In this document: piece after piece, positions 34,701 to 46,700 of the stretch
Numbering within the stretch: the first letter of the stretch is position 1
Layout: each line of letters begins with the position of its first letter
Origin: Candidatus Aenigmatarchaeota archaeon
GTDB lineage: Archaea; Aenigmatarchaeota; Aenigmatarchaeia; CG10238-14
Assembly: GCA_026414305.1 (NCBI GenBank)
Contig: JAOAJH010000003.1
Coordinates: 64,994 to 128,993, forward strand
DNA: 64,000 nucleotides
Reading direction: 5' to 3'
Made by a program: the position numbers and the translations under genes
Notes under the pieces: generated by a model
Seen by the model: only the letters and a program-made list of their open reading frames with translations
Told to the model about the DNA's origin: nothing
Database searches by the model: none

Positions 34701-37700
34701 TGCCTGTTGATTCTTGATTGATTGGTGTACAGCTGAATGTGTTGTTTATTGTCAGCTGGCTTGAATCAACAGAAATGTTTCCATTATCTTCGGCTCCTTG
34801 CAAATAACAATCAGAATAAGTTGAATATTTGAATGTTACATTGTCAGTTACATTGAATTGAGTGTATTGTGGTGGTCTATATAGCAATGTATTTAATTGA
34901 CCATATATATTCATTGAAGGATAAGGCGCTGTCATGTTGCTGTCTTTGTAGCATGTGTTGCCTATGATGCCTGCTCTCCAATATTGCAAGCCTACTCTAT
35001 AATTGCAGTTTGGATTGAATAGATATGATAAACTGCCATTAACAGTTGTGTTGCTCCATCCAGCATCGAATGTTGGATTCATTGGTTCTGTGCTAAACCA
35101 TAGATAGCCTGTTATTTGTGATGTTGGTTCTTCACTGCTGTTTACAGTTACGTTTCTTCTATCTGTATCATTTACAATGACAATGAAGTTATATACATTG
35201 CCTGTATTCAAATTGCTTCTATTTATTATAGCACCGTTTCCTTGAACTATTGTGAATATGACATCATCTTTTTCAAAGTTGATCGTGAAATTGCTTGTTT
35301 CTGCTTTCAAACCATAAGAGTCTGATGTGTTGAATTTAAATCTTACTATAGGACCGTTTACATAATCTTCGCAACTGAAAATAGGATAGAAGAAGAATGT
35401 TTGTTGGCTTAAGCAAGACTCGCAATTTTGTTGAGAAACTTTTATCCATTCACCGCCATAACTCTTCCACAAACTTATGTTCAAATAATCTCCTGGATCA
35501 GAATCTTGCGCTGAAACATTGAATGTAAAGTTGTAACCCCATCCTTCTGTTGTTGGATAAACTTGATGGTTGTTTAATTGTGGCGAATATCTGATTCTGA
35601 ATGCGTTTTCTTTGAATGTAGAAGCTGAAGTATAGAAAGCTTTAGAAGCATCAGCGGTTTGATTGTAATCGCCTGTTCCTAAAACAGATGTTATAAGAGT
35701 GCAAGAATATTGTCCGTCTGGTGAGCCAGTGTTGTTTGAACAGCTTATGCCTTCGCCTGCTACTGATATCTGGACAGAAGCACCTTGAACATACTCGCAT
35801 TCATCAGAAACATTTGCAACTGTAAACACATTATATCCAACTGGATAATATTCTCCTGATGGTCTTGTTATCAAAACATTCAAAGAAGAATTGATAAACA
35901 AAGTAAAGTTTGATGATGTGTTTGCATAATAGTATATGCCTGGTTCTGTGCTGCTTGAAAATGTTGCATTCCACCATTGCATTCCTGTTCTGAAAAAGTC
36001 GATGCCACCATCAGTAGCAGGGCATGTTGGGTTGAAAGAAAATTCTGCATAACCAGGACCGCTTTGACCAGTTGTGTTTGATCTTGGTGTTGTTGACCAA
36101 ACATTGCCATTTTGTGTAAACCAGAAATTAACTGATAATCCGTTCAAAGGTTCATCAGCACCGCCGTCAACACCAACTCTAAACAATCTTACTCTAACTT
36201 GAGTTGTGTTGCTTCCTAATCTGCTTACACTTGTGTCATTTCCAGAAACATATGTAATGTATACAGGTCTTTTTGTAACATTGAATGTGTAAATTGATGA
36301 AGAAGCTGAGCCATTATATAAATCAGATGCATTGATAAACCATTCATAATTGCCTATGTTGACGCCGTCTGGATATTTCTTTGTAAGCACAAGCTGCTGA
36401 TTGATGTAATCATAAACAATTGATGAATTTGCTAGCTGGAATTGTGAAGATGGATCACAACCGTTTGGCGTTATGTTGCCACCAATACATCTCACCCATA
36501 GACTGACATTGACATAATCATCATCATCTGTTACATTAACTCTGAATGAGAAGGTTGAACCCCACCAAGTTGAATTTGGTGATACAAATAAAGATGTTAG
36601 CTGTGGATTGACTTGATGGAAGAATGATTGGCTTTTGAATAAGCTAGCATTATTGTAGTAATTCTTTGAAGAATTCATTGTTATTGAATACCAACCAGAC
36701 GGGTTGTTTGATATATTCCAAGTGCAGTTATACCAACCATTTCCAAATGAATAATCTATGCAATAATCAACAAAATTGCTGTGGTTGAGTTTTAATGTTA
36801 TGTTTGCGTTTGTTATAGGTATTAAACACTCGTCAGTTATGTTGGTTTTTATTGAAACATTTTGGTTTGAATAGTATACTTGACCATTTGGCGAAGATAT
36901 TGTGTTGTTTAGCCATCCAAATATTGTTATGTTGAGTTGAGATGTTATATTGCTGTCTTTGTAACAAGCATCATTGTATATTCCTCCCTTCCATTGTTGC
37001 AAGCCAGGCTGATAGCTGCAATTTGGTGAGAAATAATAGCTTATATATCCTTGACTATCTGTTTGATTGGCATTACCTAAATCAAAATCAACATAATTTG
37101 TTGTAACAAATATTCTTGCATTCAATCCAGCAGGTACATAACTTTTGTTATCAGTATCATAAACTCTTAGCCTTAGCTGCTTATACTCTGATCTATTCAC
37201 AGCAGAATTGTTTCCTGTTGACAAGTCAATGTATCTGGCATCAACATCATTTTTGTTGACAGTAAAGCTTATGCCTCCTGTGTCTGTTTTATTGTAAACA
37301 TCACTTGCATTGAACTTGAAATAATATTGTGGTATTGCGCTGCAGTCTAAACCTTTATAATAGAACGTTAATTGCTGTTTGCTTCCACAGTTGTAGCATA
37401 TCTGAGATGATATAAATTGCCATGTTTGATTATCTGGTGAAAGCCATAAACTGACATTTATGTCTTGAGCATTTTGATCGCTTACATTGACTATAAATGT
37501 AAAGTTTTCACCCCAACCCCAATCTTGCTCAGGCAAAACTGTCACATTTTCTAAAACAGGTGGAACCCATTGTTGCACAACACGGAATTTGTTTGTTGCA
37601 AGCACAGTTGCATTGTTGTAATATTGAACATTGGTTGCATTCATTCTTATGTTGTACCAACCTTCTTGTATTTCTGTTGCGTTCAAAGTGCAGTTATAGC

Positions 37701-40700
37701 TTCCATCATTGTTGTTGCTAACAGGTGAGCATTGATAGCTGTTTCCGAAGCCAACGCTTATTGCTGTAAATGTAACTGTAGCATTTTCATTGTAACGCAA
37801 ATTGCATTCATCTGTCACTGTTCCGTTTATTGGAATATATAACAAAAGATTTCTAAAGTATGTCTCACCATCAGGATAAGTTACATTTGGTGTTAAATCA
37901 GCTATTATTGTAACATTGTATTCTTGCGCTGTCGAGTCTTTATAGCATGAATCAGATGAAGTATAACCTTGCCAGTTGAATTTTCCTGGTTCATAACTGC
38001 ATGATGGATTGAAATTGTATTCAACATAACCTGTTGTATTAGTAGTGTTAGATCCATCAACCAAATAGGATGTGCCGTTGAAAACTCTAAACCACACTTG
38101 AGGTTTGGCAGATGCACCAAGCAAATAATAAGCTGGTTGATTTTTATCTGTGTCATTGACAAATAAAACAAATTTTGTTGAGTTGATGCCATTTCTATTT
38201 ACAATAGAATCATGACCTGATGAATAGCTTATAACAATATCATTTTTCACAAGGACGTGAGATTGTTCGGTTGTGTTTGAATTTGTAGCTGGCACGCCTG
38301 GCTCACTTGCATTAAATGCATAATATCTTAAAGCAGATGCTTGATATTGATCGCATGTATAATCTTTTGTGAAATTAACCATTGTATTTTGTGGATTGCT
38401 GATGTATTTACATTCTGTGACTTGCCATTGAGTTGCTGGCGTCCTTTCAAGCAAACAAACATTCACAGGTGCATAATGGGTAGCATAAACAGTAAAGTTG
38501 TGCAACTCACCCCAGCTACCATCGCCTGGATAGATGACTTGCGGTGAGCTAAGCTGAACAGGTGTAACAAGGAAGAATGCATTTTGTTGATAATCGCTGC
38601 CGTTTATGTGATAGTCTTTGCTTGACTCCATAGTTACATTGTAAAATCCTCCTGGTTTGCCAGTTGAATCCCATGTACACAAATAATAGTTGCCGGTAGA
38701 GTTTGTAATATAGCCAGAGACTGGACAATAATAAACATTTGATCCTGACTGAAGTTTGAATCTAACATTAGCATTTGTTACAGCTTGTGAACAATCATCT
38801 GTTATTTCGCCTAAAAGAAGGATTTGATCATTTTGAGTATAATTTACTGTTCCGTCTGGTAAAATTAAATTGTTTATTAGGCTGCCGTAAATGTTGACGA
38901 AAAATTCTTGAGATGTGTTTGTTGAGTAGCATGATGATGTTGTGTTTACTTTCCATTTTTGCATTCCAGATTGAAACGTACAATTTGGATTAAAGTCAAA
39001 ATAATAATGAGATGTGTTGCTTAATTCAAACTCCTCTATGTATTGGCTACCTGTGTTAATCCAAGTGTAGACGTCTGAAGTTGATATTGCTGTTTCATAT
39101 TTTCTAGTTACTAAATTGAATATTTGAACAGCCAATCTTCTTTGATTGCTTGGTTCTGTATCACTTCTGTTTACATCTGTGTTATTGCCTTGCGAATGCA
39201 AAATTGATATATCTGATTTTGTAACATTGAAAATAAATGTTGATGTTAAATTAGTGAATGATGTTGCTGATGTTGCATTGAATTGAAGCTGCCATTCGCC
39301 TATATTATAGCAGCTGAAATTGTTTTGTGTCAAGAAATAATAGTTATTGCAATTATTGCAGGTAGTAGTGTTTTGTACAAACCAATTGTCTGTTTGATTT
39401 CTCAACCACAATCTTGTTAAAACAGATTCATTATCAACATTTGTAACATAAACAGAAAAGTTGAATGGTTTTAATTCCCAGCTGCCTGTTGGATATGGTT
39501 GTATTTGTACATTGTTTAATTGTGGTGTGGATGACAAGAAAAATGCATTTTGTTTGAAAAAGCTGCTATTCCAATATTTACCTTCTTCTGTGCCTTCTGT
39601 AAACGATATCATTGTAATGTTATACCATCCTAATGGAGCATTTGTTGGGATTGACCAAGACGTTGATGTCAAGTCAGCTGTAACTCTGTATTGAGTTGAT
39701 TCATGTGACAAAATATATTCTGCGCCGAATTTTGCAGAATCTGTTTTTACATCATTGCAATCATCTTTTATTACACCGTCTAAATTAACAATAGATCCTC
39801 TTGTAAAGTTAATATTCGATGGTTGAGTCAAGTATGAATTGGACAAGTCACCGACAAGCACAAATGGATAAATTCCTGTTGCATTATTCTTGTATGTGAC
39901 TGCTCCTTCTATGCCACCTCTCCAATAATTTTGACCCAAATAATAATCTGTGACAAAACACCATTGATTTGAAACATTGCTCATTTGTCTTGTTATGTGG
40001 CCTGTTGTATTCGCTGATAAAGATGGTGATAGATCAAATGTTGCGTTGCTTCCGAATTTTGAAATATATATTCTTCCTTTTCCTTCATCTACTTCACCTT
40101 GAGTCAAATAATAAGGTGATGTTTGATTGTCCCTATCATAGACAAGAATTACAAAATCACTTGTTCTGCTTCTGTTAACTGTCATGTTATAACCAGGATA
40201 TGCAAAGTCAACATTTATGTCATCTGCTTCTACTGTGTATGGATAGCCATTCAATGTAGAAGTGCCGTCATCATTGGTTGCATTGAACTTGAAATCCCAA
40301 CTGCTTATGTCGCTGCCAACATAATCATAACTAAAGTTTGCTTGGTTCCAATTTAAACATGAATAACAAACCCAGCTTCCGATCAAGCTATATTCGCCAG
40401 CACCTTTTTTATGCCAAGCATATACAGTAACGTTTCTACCAAAACGATCTCTTATTTGAACAGAGAAATTGAATTGCTCGCCCCAACCACCTGTTAATCT
40501 TGTGCTATTGCCGTTTATATATAGAGTCGCATTTTCAAGTAAAGGTGTGTATTTGTATATTTTTGATTTTATGAAAATTTCTTGAGGTTCTTCAAACTTC
40601 TTTCCTACATTCCAAGTATAGCTTATTTTGCTCAATGTGATGTTTGTGTAAGCATCATCAGTTGCATCAGCATATCCTTCTATTTTTATTTGTCTTGATG

Positions 40701-43700
40701 GTAAAACATAATTTGAATCCAATATTGTATAGTTTTGCCAATTTGCTAAAGTAAAGCTGTCATGACTATAATTCTGCCATAAAGTTGAATAAACATTTAA
40801 ATCGTTTGTCAAGCTTATTTTTGCATGACCGATTGTATTTCTATAGCCAAATAACTCTTGTCTTGTCAGCAAGCTTATTGATGAAAGTGTTTCATATCTT
40901 GCATTAACCGGCTTTGTGAATGTATATGTCTGTTCTGTTAAGCAATCGTTGCCCACACAAGAAATTAATGTATCATTTGTGAAAGTTATTTTTTGTCTTT
41001 CATCTTTGACTGCTTCTGCTATTAAAACTTTTTTACCTTCAACACTACAGTTCAATGTAAAGTTCAAATAAGTGCTATCATAAGATTCTATTTCTGGCAA
41101 AGACCAAGAAATTTTTCTTGAAGTTGAGTTCCAGCTTCCAGAATTTTGAATCGCTGTGACAGAGCAATCTTGTGGAATGAATAGTGTCACATTCCAACCA
41201 GTAGCATTAATGTCACCTATGTTTGTAACCTTTAAAGAATAATCATAGTTTCTGTTTAATTGTGCTGATCTTGGTTCAACCCATGGATAATCTGATTGTT
41301 GTAAAGCCTCCAAATCAAATTCTAAATGAGCTTCTTGAGAATAATTTGCTGTTTGAACTTTGAAATTATCTCTTTCTATCAAGTTTCTGCTGTCCCAAGA
41401 AATATTCCATCTAAATTGGCCTTCTCTTGACAAGTCAACTGGGGCTTTTATTTGATATGTGAGAACAGCATATTCGTTTACTCCTATTTCACCTAATGTC
41501 CACGTTATTCTATTCCTTATCAAATCAACTTGTGTTGATACTAAATCTATATTGTCGCCATATTCATTCGTCTTTATGAATGGGTTGGCAGGTATCCAAC
41601 CAGATGATATATCTTCTCTAACAACTGTAGTACCTGATGTCGGCGCACAACCTTTATTGTGTATTGTTAATTGAGCATCAAAGACTTTGTCATTACCAAC
41701 ATACTTTGGCATTTCTCTTGTTACTTCTAGAATTGCAATTGAATTGCTTTGTTGAATTTGTTTGCTTAATGTCATGGATTTAGCAGTTGGATAATTGTAT
41801 TTTATTGTTGCATTTATTGTTGCAGTTTCGGAAGCAGCATTGCTTGATGTTATTGAAAAGTTTGCTGTATAATTGCCTTTTGATGTTGCATTTATCAAAA
41901 CATAAGAAGGTTGACTTGACCATCCTGTTGGAATTTGTAAAGACACATTGTATTGTATAAAATCATTAAATGGATGGTAAATATTGATTGAAAAACTTTC
42001 TGTGGAAGAATTGCAAATCCAGTCATATGCGTAAACTCTTGCTTGAATTTGGCTAAGCTCAAATGGTTCTATTCTTTTTGTTTTATTTCCATAATCAACA
42101 TAAGCTCTAATTGAATATGTTCCTTGCTGCCAGCCTGTTGTATCGATATTGTTAACAAAAAATAAACTTGTGCCTGTTGGTATGTTTACATTTTGTGATG
42201 AATAATTCACAACTCCGCTAGGTCCTGTGATGTTTAGCCATAAAACACCTGTTTGAGATTGGCCAGAATTTCCAACTCTAACAGTAACATTGATTTTTTC
42301 ATTTGGTTCTATGCCAGTTAATTGCATAGAAGATGATGTTATGTTTATATCTTGCACTTTGACAGTTTGGTTGTAGTAAGGTGTAAATTGCAATTGATTG
42401 ATGTTTATATAATTGTCGCCGATATTTTCTATTTTTACAACACAATAACCTGTTTCGTTTGAATTTAGCTGGTTTTGTAATATAGGTATAAATTCTGTTG
42501 ATGTTGAATTCAAATATCTTTCTGCTATTTCAATCCAAGTTGTACCATTGTAGGAATATAATTTTGTTTTCGTTTCTGTTCCATTCCATGAAGCAGTTAA
42601 ATTCGCTATTCTATAATCACCAGATTCGCAAGGCCAGCTGAATGTTTTTGACTGCAAAGGTTGAATTATCGTTGGCAAAGTTTCAGTAACAGATGGCGTT
42701 GCTGGTTTGTAAGAAACAAGTTTATTTGAATATATAGTTTCATTGTTTGCATTAGTTGAATTCACATAAACTGTAAAGTTCTGCTCTCCATAACTGGTTG
42801 AATTAACTTGCCATGAAACTCTATAATGTTGGCCTACATTTACAGTACCTAAACTCTTTGTCGATTGATCAACTTGCCAACCTGATGGTGCACGCAAAGT
42901 TACAAAAACATTTTCTGCTGATGCAACCCATGCTGTTATTGTTGCATTGACAGTAAAGTTTCTTCCGGCAAAAACTTCTTTTGGTGTCAATACTTCTTCA
43001 GCATCTATTTGAGGTTGGCATCCAGGCAATTGAATTGTTATCGTACCATTGCCCATTTGGCTTGGTTTATAATATTGCTCCGATGAATTGATTTCAGCTG
43101 TCCATAATTGTGTTCCTTCATAGAAACCGTAGCAACTGGTGATGTTGAATAAAAATCTTGCATAGCCTGTTTCATTTGTTAAAGCTGTTCCTAAAATTAT
43201 ATAACCTTCTGGATAGCCTGAATTGAAAATCTTGAAAGTAACAGTTGCTGATGGACTAGTAACATTATATGTCTGCCTATCCAAATCATAAACTCTTGCT
43301 GACAAATATTGAGGTTGCACATCTTTTATCAAAGTTGTTAAATTACCTTCGCCGCCATAAGTTATGTTTGTATCATCCTTTTCAACTGTTACTGACAAAA
43401 CTTGTTCTGTCTGTGTGCCATCTAACTTGAATTGATAATACCATGTGCCTTGGTCAAATGCAGTGAAATTGCGATACCAATATTTGGTTGAGCCTATGCA
43501 ATTATCGCATTCCAAAGGAGTTTGGTTTAAGCATATATTAGATGGACATAAAGTTATTGGTGGCCAAAATTGGGCCATGTATATGCTAGCATTCAAAACA
43601 TTTTCAGAATCGCCACTGCTTACATTTATCGAAAAATTCCAGTTTCTGTAACCCCATCCTTCTGTTGTTGGATATGCGTATGGTTGCAACAGCTTCTTGA

Positions 43701-46700
43701 TTGGATATAAATAGAATAAGCCAGGATTGCCTAGATTGTTTGTATAATTTGTGTAATGCTGATCTCTTACAGCATACATACTTGCGTTATACCAACCCAT
43801 TGGTGTGTTTATTGTTGTTGGCAATTCACATGTAAATGCGTTTGAACCGACTTGACTAATATCTGTACATTCTATACTTGTTGAAGATTTGTTGATGAAA
43901 TATCTTACTGTTGGCGTTAATGGATCATTACAATCATCACTTGTAGCGCCCAAAAATGGAATTTCTTGCTCTTGAGTAAAGTTTGATGATTCATCTGGCC
44001 TGACAAAGCTTAGTATTATATCACCTGTTACGTTTACAGCCAATCCAAAACTTGTTTCAGTATTATTATCTTGATAGCAGTCGTTGTTTGACAAAACAGC
44101 TCTCCATTTTTGCAAACCTACTTGATATTTTGGACTGCAAATAGCTTGGAAATAATAATTTGCATAAGCAGAAGCGTTTGTCGATGTTGTATAACCTGCA
44201 TCATAAATAGAACCGTCTAATGTTACGTAAAATACAAGTGGCAAATTGTTTACTAGTGTTCCATTTAAATCCCTTGTCCTTAAAGCAAGCAGTGTTGATG
44301 TTTTACCTCTTCTTGTTTCTGTATTGTTGCCAATGATATTTTCAAAAATTATTTTGTCTTTTGTAATTGTAAACAGCGATTGAGTTGAATTTGTTGTGCC
44401 TGCATCATTTGTTGCGTTGAATTTAACAAAAACAGGTGAACCTATATCATTGCAGCCTGGATCAAATTCATATGTATAGTTTCTCCATGGACCAGTTGTC
44501 GGGCCTGGTGCATTGTAATTTTGGCAATTACCTACTTGCAACCAAGGCTCGCTGCCAGTCTTGCTGAAATAAGAGCATACATTAACATTTGTATCTGAAT
44601 TGCTTACTCTTACGCTTATGTTAAAAGTAAAATTATAACCCCATGAGCCACTTGAGCTACCTGTTTCTTTGCTTATTACTATTGGATTTTCTAATTCTAT
44701 AACAGCAGGTGGAGATTGTATTTGCACATCTCTACAAGATGCTGCCCTAGTTGAATTTTCCGTTGCATTTGCTATTATACAAAATCTATATGTTCCTGGA
44801 ATCACACCTGTAGTGTTGACTGTGTAATAATAATCTGTGTGAGCCTGCTTTGTTTCTTTGCTTGAAATATTTCCCAAATATGTTATGTTGTTTTGATGAT
44901 TTGTTGAGTTTCTTACATTAAAATTAGCTGTGTAGTTGATTAAGACAATTACATTTGTAGCACTACCTGGTCCATCATTATATATTGATGAAGAAATATT
45001 AAACGAATCTCCGCTATATATAGGTGGATTTGTCAATTCACCTTTTTTTATTACAGGTTCGCTGACAATCAATGAGGCACCACATGAAATAAGAGATGTA
45101 TAATTTTTATCATAAAATAAGTATGTCACATTTCTTGTCAATGCTTTGAAAACAAATGTACCATTTGTTTGATATGGCACTGTAATCAAATAAGTGTAGT
45201 TTCTTGAATTATCTTTTCCTGTTGGAATAAAATTGATGTTGTTATTTCCCCAAATTATGTTGTTGCTGCTATAAACATTTGCAGATGGATTGAAGTTTGA
45301 AAATTGCAAATCATTCCAATGTGTTACAGTTTGGTTATATTTGTTTTCAGTCACATTAAAGTTTGTTGCTGGCAAATTTCCTTTGTTAAATACTTGTAGT
45401 TTTACTGAGAACGGTTGGCACATGTTTGAAGTTGGGAAGCCTTCTTCTTCGTTACTACTTGTTGTATTATAATATCTAACTGTTTTTATGAATGGTGATA
45501 AAACATTTACTACATTTCTATCTGTTTTGAAAAGGTAATCTTTGTTTTGTCTCATCCATCCAACATAATTTGTGTAAAAGACTTTTCCACCAGGTGTTAT
45601 ATTATTTTCAGGTAAAACTGTTGTTGTAAAATCTACATAATGGTTTAAATTGCCGACTGATGCAGTTGCTGCAGCAGCAAATCTTATTACTGTACCGCCA
45701 ACTGAATATGGTGAAAATTTAACAATCCATCCCTCTTCTGGCGATCCTATTGGATAACCTGGGTCTGGAGATGTTGCTCTGACAGTCGCGCCATTGTTAT
45801 CCACAATTCTGAAATTTGTCGGTCTTTGAAATCCCGGTGGTATATATAGCTCGACATAATGAACAACTGTCTGCGTTGCGGCACCATCAATTGATGTAAA
45901 ACCTTCACTACCACCCAATTTTGCAATTGCTCTCAGAGCTAATTGTTCATTTGGATAAACTGATGTCTTATTCAAAGTTGTAGTTATTGTCGGTGATTGG
46001 GTTCCAGTTAATGCAGATATTAAAGAAACATGTTGGTTTGTAACCATTTGTGGTTCTCTTGTTATTGGATCAATCCACTCGGCTTGCAAAATAAATGTTT
46101 CTTCGCCTGTATCGTCAGTTGGTCTATAAGGAATATCTGCCATAAAACATGAAGAGGTATTTATTCTTACATTATACCATCTAACTTCACCTGTTGCATT
46201 ATAATCAGGTTGCGGCACGGCTGGTGGACCATCTGTTTCTGTTATAAAATAAACATTTGAACCGGCTGTAAAATCAGTAACATTTACAGTTAAATTGTAA
46301 TCACCATAATTGCAAACATATATTTGTCTGAAATTTTTAAAGCAAGGCTGACCGTCTGCATCTGCACATACAGACGCATGACCAGTACCACAGTTTGTTG
46401 TCTGACCACCTGTATCTTCACAGTTTGCGCCAAGTTTTCTCGGTGTACTAGTGAATAAAACAATATCATTTGATGTTCCTCCTTCATCTGTATATACAGT
46501 AAAAGTTTTTGTATGTTGAACGGTTGTTTGATTGTAAGATATATTTACATAAGCAGTGTAAGTTGTAGCCTGTATATTATCAGGGACATATATCGTATAT
46601 ACAACTCTTCTTTCGCTCCAATTTGGTCTTGATGAAGTTCCTGATAAAGAAATTGATTGTGTTTTTCCTTCTTCAACAAACCAATCAACTGAATTGCCGC

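Noticed and set aside
22750..44650. Giant ORF as an assembly artefact of collapsed or expanded repeats
   Set aside because: Repeat units are strongly diverged at nucleotide level and the frame stays open for 33.7 kb. Read mapping is still advisable.
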